Positions 39,970-49,639 of a stretch of DNA of 64,000 nucleotides are shown here, one piece after another. The stretch is from Candidatus Melainabacteria bacterium 17Bon1m. Its GTDB lineage: Bacteria; Cyanobacteriota; Vampirovibrionia; Obscuribacterales; Obscuribacteraceae. Location of the stretch: NCBI GenBank assembly GCA_032128875.1, contig JAVLKG010000009.1, positions 96,001 to 160,000 of the forward strand, written 5' to 3'. Positions within the stretch are counted from its first letter, which is position 1, and each line of letters begins with the position of its first letter. The position numbers and the translations under genes were made by a program. Under the pieces are notes generated by a model, which had not been told where the DNA came from, searched no databases, and saw only the letters and a program-made list of their open reading frames with translations.

Positions 39970-41454
39970 ATGGCCGAACATTACAAACCAGTAAAGTACA
40001 AAGCGTGGGAAATGAATCTGGAAGAGCGCTTCCAGGAAGTTTTTCCGCCTTTGTCAGAAAGAGAGGCGGTTTTGGAAGCTAACCGCTGCTTATATTGCTA
40101 CGATGCACCTTGCATGGTGGCATGCCCAACCCACATCGATATTCCAACGTTCATTCGCAAAATTTCAACCGGTAACGTAACCGGCTCCGCCCGCACCATT
40201 ATGGAAGCCAACCTGATGGGTGCGTCCTGCGCCAGAGTTTGTCCGGTGCAAGAATTGTGCGAAGGTGCATGTGTTTTAGAGCATGACGAAAAACCGATCA
40301 TGATCGGACGATTACAGCGATATGCGATGGATTATGCCGACGAGAAGAAAATCAAATTCTTCAATAAGGGCAAATCCCTCGGCAAGAAAGTCGCTGTTGT
40401 CGGCGCCGGACCAGCAGGTCTTACCTGCGCAGGCGAACTCGCGAAGATGGGCTTCGAAGTCACTTGCTACGAAAGAAAAATGTGGCCGGGCGGCTTGAGT
40501 ACTTACGGCATTGTTGTCTTCCGTGAGCCAGTCGAAGTCGCACGCGCAGAAGCTAAGAAGATCGAAGACCTCGGCGTCACGATGAAGACAGGCGTGACAA
40601 TCGGGGAAGATATTCAGTTTGATCAACTGCTGAAAGATAACGACGCTGTATTTGTCAGCATCGGGCTGGGCAGTGTTCCCAACATGGACATTCCCGGTGA
40701 AGATCTCGATGGCGTTGTAGACGGATTGGAATTCATCGAAGAAACAAAAGTCAAACCGCTTTCCGATATCAAATATGGAAACCGCATTTGCGTAATTGGC
40801 GCCGGCAACACAGCGATCGACTGCGCGACTATTGCCAGACGTTTGGGCTCCGAGCGCGTGACCATGATCTATCGCCGCTCCGAGGCTGAGATGCCTGCAT
40901 ATCACTTCGAATATCAGTTCGCACTTGGCGAAGGTGTCAGCTTTAGTTTTCTCACCCAACCTGTTGAAGTGCTCTCGAACAACGGCAAGGTTGATGGACT
41001 GAAGTGCGTGCGCATGGACCTCGGCGAACCTGATGAATCGGGCAGGCGTGTTGCCGTTCCGGTTCCAAATTCAGAATTCGTTGTGCCATGCGACATGGTC
41101 ATTAAAGCCATTGGTCAGCTCAAGCACACACCATTCATCGCCAAACTTGGCGAGTACGGAATCAAAACCGTAAAAGGCTACATTGCAGTCGACGGAAAAA
41201 CCAACCGCACCGCGCACGAGAAAATCTTCGCAGGTGGCGATTGCATTCGCAGCAAGGGCGAGGCTTCTACCGTCATGGCTACACAGGACGGAAAGATTGC
41301 TGCTCGCGCTATCTACGAGCAATTGACCGGCAACCGCATTCCCGAAGGCACTCTCAAGAAGTCAACCGACATGACTATTGAGCCTGCGATGGAGAAGGGC
41401 TATGCATTGCATGAGCATAAGCCACGCGTCCATGCGACTGCGCCGACCAAGTAA
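39970..41454 (+). CDS. preT: NAD-dependent dihydropyrimidine dehydrogenase subunit PreT
   Basis: EANRCLYCYDAPCMVACPTHIDIP, CARVCP...LCEGAC, GAGPAG, GAGNTAID; directly upstream of preA. Confidence 0.92.
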   Translation: MAEHYKPVKYKAWEMNLEERFQEVFPPLSEREAVLEANRCLYCYDAPCMVACPTHIDIPTFIRKISTGNVTGSARTIMEANLMGASCARVCPVQELCEGACVLEHDEKPIMIGRLQRYAMDYADEKKIKFFNKGKSLGKKVAVVGAGPAGLTCAGELAKMGFEVTCYERKMWPGGLSTYGIVVFREPVEVARAEAKKIEDLGVTMKTGVTIGEDIQFDQLLKDNDAVFVSIGLGSVPNMDIPGEDLDGVVDGLEFIEETKVKPLSDIKYGNRICVIGAGNTAIDCATIARRLGSERVTMIYRRSEAEMPAYHFEYQFALGEGVSFSFLTQPVEVLSNNGKVDGLKCVRMDLGEPDESGRRVAVPVPNSEFVVPCDMVIKAIGQLKHTPFIAKLGEYGIKTVKGYIAVDGKTNRTAHEKIFAGGDCIRSKGEASTVMATQDGKIAARAIYEQLTGNRIPEGTLKKSTDMTIEPAMEKGYALHEHKPRVHATAPTK

Positions 41455-41461
41455 TACAGCC

Positions 41462-41486
41462 GGGCGGCGCGTGGCGTCGCCCATAC
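41462..41486 (-). repeat. REP-like palindrome in the preT-preA gap
   Basis: gggcggcgcgtggcgtcgcccatac. Confidence 0.6.
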
Positions 41487-41498
41487 AGGAGTTTACAA

Positions 41499-42836
41499 AT
41501 GGCTGATCTTTCGATCAATTTCAATGGCATCAAATCTCCCAATCCATTTTGGTTGGCCTCGGCACCACCGTCCAATTCTGGCTATCAGGTTCAAAAGGCT
41601 TTTGAAGCAGGCTGGGGTGGAGCTGTATGGAAGACTGTCGGCGCGCCGGTTATGAATGTGTGCAACCGATATGGAACCATCGACTATAAAGGTCGAAAAA
41701 TTATTGGTTTGAACAACGTAGAACTGATTTCCGATCGTCCTCTCGACGTCAACTTGAAAGAGATGCGCGAGACGAAGAAAAACTTTCCTGACCACGCAGT
41801 GATCGCTTCGGTCATGGTCGAGTCGAAGAAAGAAGCCTGGCAAGAAATCATCAAGCGCATCGAAGATACCGGTGTTGACGGCTTCGAACTAAACTTCGGC
41901 TGCCCTCACGGCATGTCTGAGCGCGGTATGGGTTCTGCTATGGGGCAAGTTCCTGAATACACTTGCATGGTCACTGAGTGGGTAATGGAAGTTGCCACCA
42001 AGCCTGTAATTGTAAAACTGACTCCGAACGTCACAGACATCGTGCATCCCGCAAGAGCTGCTGTAAAAGCGAATGCGTCTGCAATTTCGCTAATCAACAC
42101 CATCAACAGCATCATGGGTGTTGATCTCGATACTTTCGAAATTCGACCAAACGTCGGCGGCAAAGGGGGGCACGGTGGATACGCCGGACCTGCGGTTAAG
42201 CCAATCGCGCTTCACTTGCTCTCGTCGGTCGCGTCGGACGAAGAAGTTCGCAAAGCCGGCATTCCGATTTCAGGAATGGGCGGTGTTGAAACATGGCAGG
42301 ACGCCGTTGAATTCATGTTGCTCGGCTCGACCAGTGTGCAAGTCTGCACCGCAGTTATGCACTTCGGCTTCCGTGTCGTGGAAGACATGATCGATGGTAT
42401 GTCTAACTGGATGGATGAACGCGGGTTCAAGACCTGCACCGATTTCATAGGTGCATCGCTGCCTCGCATCAGCAGTTTTGGCGATTTCGATTTGGGCTTC
42501 CAATCAGTAGCTCGCATCGATCACAATAAGTGCATTCAGTGCAATTTGTGCTTCATTGCTTGCAATGACACTGCTCACCAGTGCATCGACTTGAAAGACA
42601 TGAAGTTGACCGACGAAGTAACCGAAAGACTTTGGCCGGTTGTGCGTGAAGAAGACTGCGTCGGATGCGCTCTTTGCGCCAGTGTCTGCCCCGTTGATGA
42701 TTGCATTACGATGACTGAAATCGATACAGGCAGACCGCATATCACGTGGAATCAACTCATCAAGGAAAAACCGGAAGTCCTGCAGTGGGACAAAATGGTC
42801 GAATACCGCGAGAAGAACCACATTCACATTCATTAG
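41499..42836 (+). CDS. preA: NAD-dependent dihydropyrimidine dehydrogenase subunit PreA
   Basis: SPNPFWLASAPP, GLNNVELISDR, ELNFGCPHGMSERGMG, two C-terminal 4Fe-4S motifs. Confidence 0.96.
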   Translation: MADLSINFNGIKSPNPFWLASAPPSNSGYQVQKAFEAGWGGAVWKTVGAPVMNVCNRYGTIDYKGRKIIGLNNVELISDRPLDVNLKEMRETKKNFPDHAVIASVMVESKKEAWQEIIKRIEDTGVDGFELNFGCPHGMSERGMGSAMGQVPEYTCMVTEWVMEVATKPVIVKLTPNVTDIVHPARAAVKANASAISLINTINSIMGVDLDTFEIRPNVGGKGGHGGYAGPAVKPIALHLLSSVASDEEVRKAGIPISGMGGVETWQDAVEFMLLGSTSVQVCTAVMHFGFRVVEDMIDGMSNWMDERGFKTCTDFIGASLPRISSFGDFDLGFQSVARIDHNKCIQCNLCFIACNDTAHQCIDLKDMKLTDEVTERLWPVVREEDCVGCALCASVCPVDDCITMTEIDTGRPHITWNQLIKEKPEVLQWDKMVEYREKNHIHIH

Positions 42837-42844
42837 GGTTGTGC

Positions 42845-43411
42845 ATGCGGCTCAACCTCTTTCGTGAACAAGCACGTAGCAAATATTTGTTGCTGCCCAT
42901 CATTTTCATGATGGCATTTTGCCCGTCTGCATCTTTTGCAGAAGGTGAGTTGCCATCGAGAACTTCGGAGGAGGCGGCTAAGCGCGGGTTGCTAATAAGA
43001 AAGCTTTTCCCAATGCCTGATGTTTTTGATTGGGAAAATCATGAGGTGAGTTTCAAGGAATGTTGGTACGAAAAGCCAGCCCCTGGTGGCTATCACAATC
43101 TGCTTTGTTTTCGACTAGTCGTTGATCAAAGCACCACACAAGAACTTGAAATTCAGAAGAGTTCTGATCGCTCGATGGAGTTTCGCGAGGAAGGCTCCAA
43201 AGGAAAAATATTGCTGACAGGAACTCATATAAATTATCCGTTGCGTAATTTCAAAATCAAACAAATTCGCAAGGGCATGGGTGAGATCATGCACTGGATT
43301 GAAATCAAAGAACCTGATACTAAGCAGTTAAAGCTGCGGATTTACACCATGAATCACAAAACTGATCTAACAAATAGATCTAACGTGGTTTTGACTTTTG
43401 ATGATCTTTAA
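42845..43411 (+). CDS. Hypothetical exported protein
   Basis: Signal peptide-like LLLPIIFMMAFCPSASFA; no family recognised. Confidence 0.6.
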   Translation: MRLNLFREQARSKYLLLPIIFMMAFCPSASFAEGELPSRTSEEAAKRGLLIRKLFPMPDVFDWENHEVSFKECWYEKPAPGGYHNLLCFRLVVDQSTTQELEIQKSSDRSMEFREEGSKGKILLTGTHINYPLRNFKIKQIRKGMGEIMHWIEIKEPDTKQLKLRIYTMNHKTDLTNRSNVVLTFDDL

Positions 43412-43424
43412 AAGGACGTGAGCA

Positions 43425-44795
43425 GTGAAAAAAGTACTGGCTTTCCTGTCTACGTTGCTTAGCGGTATCTTCTTAGGATCTTGTAGCTCCGGAGTAGATG
43501 AGATGGTTGATCCTGACAGGACGGCCCGGGAAAGCGAAAACGGGTCTGAGATCAAAGTTGCAGTAACACTTCCAATGGCAAGCTGCGCAATTCCCGTCAA
43601 AGAAACAAATTCGGATGTCGAAAAAGACCTTGCTATAGCGATAGAAAAGCATGCTCCGAGCTCGTTGAAGACATTGACGCTAGAGATGCTGGAATCTCCT
43701 CTAATGAAGGTCGAAGTTTGGCCAAAGGAAAGAATTCCTTCAGAACTTTTGAGTCTGCTTGAATATACAGGTTCCACAGCTGAAGAAAAGAAGACTGTTC
43801 GCGAGGCAAAAAAATTTATCGTCATCCATGCTATTGGTAGACCGGGTTGGCCACCATTGCACGAATTTGGCATTAGGACTGCGGCAGCATCGCTTGCGTT
43901 GGAACTAAAAAGTACAGTCTTAGATTTGTATATGCCAGCTTTTGTACATCTCGATCAAGCTTTTGAAACTTTACCGCCTAAAGAAGACCCACCGAAATTA
44001 TCCAGCTGGCTTAAAGTCCTTACGTCTTCGGGAGAAAAGGGAATTTGGCTGACATCACGAGGTTTGGCGAGAGTCGGATTGCCCGAGTTGCAGTCAATTG
44101 ACGTTCCTCCCCAAATAGAAAATTCTTTGACTTATGTGATGACAGGATTGGCGTGGAAGATCATTAAAACTGCACAGGTTGCATTGCATCAAGATACAAA
44201 AGAACTTTCCCTGTCAAACGTGATTGAGGTCACTGACAAAGATATTGATGAAGCGTTTGGCAAGAAGGTCACAACAAAAACAGATACTGCAGCTAGCTTT
44301 CACTTGAAGATAAAGAAGGGAAGCGACGGGGCGGACTACCTAACTATTGTTAAGCCCGGCGGAGATAAGCGAACCAATGGTGTTTACCTCGCTGACCAGA
44401 TGCGTCAATTGATGGGCGCTTCCTCTGAGCCTCTAATTGAAACAACAAAGACGGATGAAATGGAAAAAGCAATGGCACTTGCGGTTGCCGAGTTGCCGAT
44501 GATTCGTGAGCGCTTTATCAGTGGCAGACTGCCCAATAATGGAAAATTGATATTGAAATTCAAAGTTACTCGGGGCGCAGATAGAGAGTATCTCTGGGCT
44601 TCAGTGACCGCGTGGAAGGAACTCGATAAAATCGACTGTTATTGCGGCAATGATTCTCGATTTGATCCCAAGCTCCGAGCCGGTAAGCAATTGACCCTAA
44701 GTCTTGATTCAATTGTCGATTGGGCTGTGATGGTTAATGATGACATTGTCGAAGGCGCTTACACCAATAAAGTTTTGGAGCAAGAGAAAAAGTGA
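43425..44795 (+). CDS. Lipoprotein with C-terminal DUF2314 (YegJ-like) domain
   Basis: Lipobox LGSC; EYLW...GND...IVDW......EGAYTNKVL. Confidence 0.75.
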   Translation: MKKVLAFLSTLLSGIFLGSCSSGVDEMVDPDRTARESENGSEIKVAVTLPMASCAIPVKETNSDVEKDLAIAIEKHAPSSLKTLTLEMLESPLMKVEVWPKERIPSELLSLLEYTGSTAEEKKTVREAKKFIVIHAIGRPGWPPLHEFGIRTAAASLALELKSTVLDLYMPAFVHLDQAFETLPPKEDPPKLSSWLKVLTSSGEKGIWLTSRGLARVGLPELQSIDVPPQIENSLTYVMTGLAWKIIKTAQVALHQDTKELSLSNVIEVTDKDIDEAFGKKVTTKTDTAASFHLKIKKGSDGADYLTIVKPGGDKRTNGVYLADQMRQLMGASSEPLIETTKTDEMEKAMALAVAELPMIRERFISGRLPNNGKLILKFKVTRGADREYLWASVTAWKELDKIDCYCGNDSRFDPKLRAGKQLTLSLDSIVDWAVMVNDDIVEGAYTNKVLEQEKK

Positions 44796-44808
44796 TTGGA
44801 CTAAGAAA

Positions 44809-44844
44809 TGAGTTCATCCGTTGCTTTCGCATAGAATGAACTCA
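44809..44844. terminator. Hairpin between convergent genes
   Basis: tgagttcat ... atgaactca inverted repeat. Confidence 0.4.
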
Positions 44845-44893
44845 CTCGCCGTTATAACTTAAGTCCTACGGATTAGCCACTAAGCAGTAGCAA

Positions 44894-45511
44894 CTACGCT
44901 GTCACTGCTTGAAACAATTGGTCAATCGTGGCTTTGGCTGCAGCTTCTGTTGCTGCTTTGGTTTCTGGGTCTTTGCCGTAAGCCTTAACGAAAGTGATAT
45001 CGGTGATTCCAATGAAGCCCAAAACTCCACGCAAATATGGTTCGACAAAATCCATACCCTTCAATGGTTCCTGCGAATAGTCGCCAGCGCTAGCGGTGAC
45101 TACCACCACTTTTTTGCTTTTCAGTAAGCCCTGTGGTTTACCACCTTCGAATGTGAAGGTTCGTCCCGGACGCACGATTGCGTCGATATAAGCTTTCAGT
45201 ATCGCTGGAATGGAGAAGTTGTACATTGGTGCGCCGATTACATAAGTGTCGGCCTCAAGCAATTCCTTCATAAGCTCATCCGGCAACGATAGCAAAAGTT
45301 TCTGCGCTGCTGTGAGTTTATCCTCAGGCGTATTCATCGCAAAAATTAGTGATTCTGTAGCGAAAGGAACATTGGTTTCACTCAAATTGCGATTGATGAT
45401 TTTGCCGTTAGGATGTGCTTCTTGCCATTTGTGAGCGTAATGAGAGGTTAGTCCTCTTGTTACGGAAGTGTCGCTCAATCCACTAGAGTCTATGCGCAAT
45501 AATGTAGACAT
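44894..45511 (-). CDS. azoR: FMN-dependent NADH-azoreductase
   Basis: LLRIDSS...SVTR, APMYNFSIPAILKAYID, GRTF, YLRGVLGFIGITD; GAGG RBS before ATG 45511. Confidence 0.92.
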   Translation of the reverse strand: MSTLLRIDSSGLSDTSVTRGLTSHYAHKWQEAHPNGKIINRNLSETNVPFATESLIFAMNTPEDKLTAAQKLLLSLPDELMKELLEADTYVIGAPMYNFSIPAILKAYIDAIVRPGRTFTFEGGKPQGLLKSKKVVVVTASAGDYSQEPLKGMDFVEPYLRGVLGFIGITDITFVKAYGKDPETKAATEAAAKATIDQLFQAVTA

Positions 45512-45644
45512 TTTGATTTCCTCAAGTCGCCAAATATTTGAACAGTCGCGTGAAGTTGTGGCGGACTCGAAGTCCGTCCTTCTGCTTCTAAAACCCATTA
45601 GATGCTTCTGCTTTTCGCTGTTCGCTGCTATGATGGTACTTGCA

Positions 45645-45662
45645 ATAGACCAAACGGTCTAT
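45645..45662. promoter_or_regulatory. Palindromic operator candidate in the azoR/AraC divergent region
   Basis: atagacc-aaac-ggtctat. Confidence 0.4.
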
Positions 45663-45719
45663 GCGCTTTCGTTCGGTTTTTATGTCTAGTCGTTCAAAAG
45701 TTGGCTCGATGGTGAATTT

Positions 45720-46658
45720 ATGGACTGTTTGTCCGATGCACTAAACAGAATACGTTTTAAGAGCTATATACATTGCAATAGCGAATTTACTGCACCGTGG
45801 GGTTTGCGCATGCCTGGATTTCAGGGACATGCTGCCTTTCTCGTTATGTTGCGGGGCGGTTGTGTGGTGTCGTTTGAAGATTCGAAAGACACGTATTCTT
45901 TGGCCGCCGGTGAAGTGATGCTGTTGCCGCGTGGCTCTGGCTGTGTAATTCAAGATAATGCAACTAGCGCCGTTTCTGATTTTTTTGATGTAAAACCTGG
46001 CCCGGGTCCAAGGGGAGAAATTTGGCATCATGGTGGAGGTGGTGCTCTCACATCCATTTTGATGGGATGTTTCGAGTTTGACATGCGTGTCAAGAATCCA
46101 CTAGTGGAGAGCCTTCCGGGGGTTATGTACCTTAAGGCAGAACAACTGCAATCCGAGCCGTGGTTGGATACAACAATGCGTTTTCTTGCGTCTGAGACAG
46201 CAAGCAATCGTCCTGGCTCAGACATACTGGTCGGACGTTTGACTGATATGCTTTTCATTCAAATAGTTAGAGCCTTTATGACTCAACACAAAGACTGCGC
46301 CGGCTCTACGGGCTGGTTGAAAGGCCTAGCCGATCCAGAGATTGGTGCTGCACTCCGCTTGATTCATGAGAAACCATCGGCACCATGGACAGTGGCTACT
46401 TTGGCCAAGGAAGTTGGAATGTCTAGAACAACTTTTGCAGTAAAGTTTGCAAACCTCATGACGTCGACACCAATGGACTACCTCACCTCATGGCGCATGC
46501 AAGAGGCTGTGAGCTTAATGGAGCAAGGTGAGGAGAGTGTTTCCGCTATTGCTTCCGCAGTCGGGTATACATCTGAGGCTGCCTTCGCGAAAGCATTTAA
46601 ACGTGAGATCGGGGCGGCACCTGGCGCTTTTAGACGAAATGTTTTGACGCGTGCGTAA
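45720..46658 (+). CDS. AraC family transcriptional regulator with cupin sensor domain (RclR-like)
   Basis: APWG, LADPEIGAAL..IH..P...WTV..LA..VGMSR, VGYTSEAAFAKAFKR; divergent from azoR. Confidence 0.92.
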   Translation: MDCLSDALNRIRFKSYIHCNSEFTAPWGLRMPGFQGHAAFLVMLRGGCVVSFEDSKDTYSLAAGEVMLLPRGSGCVIQDNATSAVSDFFDVKPGPGPRGEIWHHGGGGALTSILMGCFEFDMRVKNPLVESLPGVMYLKAEQLQSEPWLDTTMRFLASETASNRPGSDILVGRLTDMLFIQIVRAFMTQHKDCAGSTGWLKGLADPEIGAALRLIHEKPSAPWTVATLAKEVGMSRTTFAVKFANLMTSTPMDYLTSWRMQEAVSLMEQGEESVSAIASAVGYTSEAAFAKAFKREIGAAPGAFRRNVLTRA

Positions 46659-46876
46659 GGTTCGCTTTACAGCTCGCCGTTTTCGTAGTGAGCGGACTGT
46701 CATGTTAATGCGCTGTCTGCGCTATAACATTCTCTTTCTACCCCATGGTGGAATTACCATTGATCTCGGGCGCGCGTAGATATATCTTCTACGCAGGAAA
46801 CATCCTCCGTCGCCATTCTTAACCCTTCAAATTGCCGGACAAGTGGGCTGCCGGCGAACCTCAGGACGTGCCGAAA

Positions 46877-47302
46877 ATGTTGAATTTCATTCTCAGTATC
46901 TTCTCGATCACTACCAATAGAGCCGCAATGCCGTTGCTTGCAGCTTTTGGAATCTTCATCACAGCCTGCATTCCAAGCATTGCGGCAGACGCTTTCACGG
47001 CAGGCTGCAATCAGTACAAGCTCGGTAAATTCCCTCTGGCCAAGGCTTTCTTCGTCAAAGCAGTACAAGATGAGCCGACCAGCATCGCAGCGCACTACCA
47101 GCTTGCGAATACCTACTTCCAGCTTGGCGAGTACGACAATTCAATTTTTCAGTACAACGCTTGTCTAAAACTCAATCCAGACATCAGAATGCGGTCCTTT
47201 TGCGTGGGAGCCCTGGCGCAGATTTACAACTTGAAGCGCTCCAGCGCTAACAAAGTGGCTTCCAGCAATACGTCGTCAGCATCGACAGTCAAACAGTATT
47301 AG
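46877..47302 (+). CDS. Small exported TPR protein
   Basis: Hydrophobic N-terminus; AHYQLANTYFQLGEYDNSIFQYNACLKLNP TPR; start uncertain. Confidence 0.7.
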   Translation: MLNFILSIFSITTNRAAMPLLAAFGIFITACIPSIAADAFTAGCNQYKLGKFPLAKAFFVKAVQDEPTSIAAHYQLANTYFQLGEYDNSIFQYNACLKLNPDIRMRSFCVGALAQIYNLKRSSANKVASSNTSSASTVKQY

Positions 47303-47490
47303 GTTAGGTCGCCAGTCCGGCGCTGATGTTGCCAGATGGAATCGGATTAAGTCCCAAGCCCTCCGTTTGTCCGCCGTCAAGAGCTGTCTGTTATAATTAG
47401 CTGACCCGAGCGTCAATGAATTCTGGCTAATCTATTTATATAGCCGAACTTTGCTGGCTCATCGGCTCTTATGCAGTGATAGCGCAGAGT

Positions 47491-48207
47491 ATGTCGGACC
47501 TTACCTTAAACCAAAGCGCAGATGTTTCTACCGACCTGATTTCAGTTCGGATGCGCAAACCTGTGGGCCGACCGAAGGACGAAGATCTGCCGGCGCGTCG
47601 CAGGCAGGAGATTTTAGAGGCTGCAGGATTTTTCTTTGCGCGTCTCGGTTACCCTAACTCCGATTTGAAGCTGCTTGCCGAAGAGCTGGGTGTTGCAAAA
47701 GGCACTCTGTATCGGTATTTCCCGAGCAAGAAAGACCTGTTTCTCGCCACCGTCGATAATTGCATGCAGCAACTTAGCGAACAAGTGACTATTGCTACGG
47801 CACAGGTCAAAGCTCCCCAGCACCGTGTGGCGCATGCGCTGCGAGCATATTTTCGTTTCTTCGATGCGCACCCCTATGTGGTCGAGTTGATCGTACAAGA
47901 GCGCGCCGAGTTTAAAGATAGACCTCTACCAGCGCCTCTGGACAAGGATAATGGTGGTATCTGGCGACAGCACTTCAAAGATCTGGTTGCGTCGGGCAGC
48001 CTGCGTGAGGTGTCTGAAGATAGGCTGGTAGAGACGATGAGCAGCCTGCTATACGGAGTGATTTTCAACAAGTACGTCAGTGGTTCTAGCGACACACTAG
48101 AATCAAAAACTGAGGACGTGCTCGACATTGTTTTCAACGGTCTGATGAAAGAGAAAAATTGGGGCAGTCAAAAAGGAAGCCATGGAAGTGAAATCGACAG
48201 TCAATGA
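47491..48207 (+). CDS. TetR/AcrR family transcriptional regulator
   Basis: RRQEILEAA...LAEELGVAKGTLYRYFPSKKDLF. Confidence 0.93.
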   Translation: MSDLTLNQSADVSTDLISVRMRKPVGRPKDEDLPARRRQEILEAAGFFFARLGYPNSDLKLLAEELGVAKGTLYRYFPSKKDLFLATVDNCMQQLSEQVTIATAQVKAPQHRVAHALRAYFRFFDAHPYVVELIVQERAEFKDRPLPAPLDKDNGGIWRQHFKDLVASGSLREVSEDRLVETMSSLLYGVIFNKYVSGSSDTLESKTEDVLDIVFNGLMKEKNWGSQKGSHGSEIDSQ

Positions 48208-49633
48208 GACCGGCTCTGTGAGCCAGCCGCAAGCGAAGCCGCCTTCCGACGGTGCGGGCGCCCACACACAGTCTCAACCTTTTTATAAGAGTCGCAAGAC
48301 GATTATTCTCTCGCTAGTGGCGATCCTTGCTTGTGCAGGTGTGGTGATGTTCAACCAGGCGCACAATGGACAAGAGGCAAAGACACAAGCGCCCGAGCCA
48401 GTAATCACAGTCACGACAGAGAAGGTTGCTCCTCATCTGATGAAGGGAGTTGTCCAGGTCAACGGAACTGTTTGGGCTTGGGATCCGCTCACAATCGGGT
48501 CGGAAGTAAATGGACTGAGAATCGAATCGATTGCGGTTGATGACGGAGACAAGGTAAAACGAGGGCAGGTTCTTGCTCGCCTCAATGCATCGGTTTTGAA
48601 CGCGCAATTGGCGGAAGAGAAAGCAAAGCTGGCAGCGCAGCATGCAACTTTGAAGAGAACCATTCAGCCTAACCGTCCCGAAGATCTGGTCAGCTTGCAA
48701 GCTGCCGTTTATCAAGGCGAATCTGCAGTCGCTGAAGCCGAAACCATGCTGGTCAAGGCTAAAGCAAACTTGTCCAATGCGCAGCACAATGCAGAACGCT
48801 ATCGCGGATTGGTGACGCAGGGTGCAGTAAGCCAGCTCGAAGCCGACCAAAAAGACACGGAAGCAAAAACAGCAGATGCCGAGACTCGCAACGCAGAGCA
48901 AAAGGTGCGGACCGCGAAATTCCAGCTAGAGCAAGCGAAACAGCGTTTGATCATGGGGCAGCAAGGCGGGCGCAAAGAAGACGTAGACATATCGCGTGCG
49001 ACGGTCGCTCAGATGCAAGCGAATGTGCAGAGGCTTGAAGCGCTGGTTGCGCAGTCTGTCATCAAGGCTCCGTCCGATGGATTTATCTTGCGTCGTGATG
49101 CCCACCTTGGCGAAATCACAGCAGTTGGCAAAGCGCTTTTCCTGATGGTCAGAGACAACCGATTGGAGCTTCGTGCGCAGGTTGCTGAAGTGGATTTGCC
49201 GCTTATTCATCCAGGGCAGAAAGTTGAAGTGACTGACTCGACCGCCTCAAACTATAAAGTTCAGGGCACAGTGCGGGAAGTCAGTCCGATGATTGATCAG
49301 GACATGCGGTTAGGAACCGTGCGCATAGACCTGCCGGTTTCGGAAGGAAAGCAAACCCATATTTTCAAGCCAGGTAATTTCGCCCATGCGACCATTGATA
49401 TTGGCGATCGAACACCGCTTGCGGTGCCGAGTTCTGCGATACTAAGTCGAGAGAATAAGAGTTTTGTCTACGTTGTAAATCCGGATAACACTGTCTCGAC
49501 TCGCAATGTGAAAACCGGTGAGAGAGCGGCGGGGCATGCGGAAATCTTGTCGGGCCTCAACGCCGGGGAAACTGTAGTAGTGCGTGGTGCCGGTTTTTTG
49601 AAAAACGGTGATTTGGTCAGGGTAAGTCAGTAA
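48182..49633 (+). CDS. RND efflux periplasmic adaptor (membrane fusion protein)
   Basis: TM anchor, GDKVKRGQVLARL, long coiled coil, IKAPSDG, LSGLNAGETVV. Confidence 0.93.
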   Translation: MEVKSTVNETGSVSQPQAKPPSDGAGAHTQSQPFYKSRKTIILSLVAILACAGVVMFNQAHNGQEAKTQAPEPVITVTTEKVAPHLMKGVVQVNGTVWAWDPLTIGSEVNGLRIESIAVDDGDKVKRGQVLARLNASVLNAQLAEEKAKLAAQHATLKRTIQPNRPEDLVSLQAAVYQGESAVAEAETMLVKAKANLSNAQHNAERYRGLVTQGAVSQLEADQKDTEAKTADAETRNAEQKVRTAKFQLEQAKQRLIMGQQGGRKEDVDISRATVAQMQANVQRLEALVAQSVIKAPSDGFILRRDAHLGEITAVGKALFLMVRDNRLELRAQVAEVDLPLIHPGQKVEVTDSTASNYKVQGTVREVSPMIDQDMRLGTVRIDLPVSEGKQTHIFKPGNFAHATIDIGDRTPLAVPSSAILSRENKSFVYVVNPDNTVSTRNVKTGERAAGHAEILSGLNAGETVVVRGAGFLKNGDLVRVSQ

Positions 49634-49639
49634 AACACA

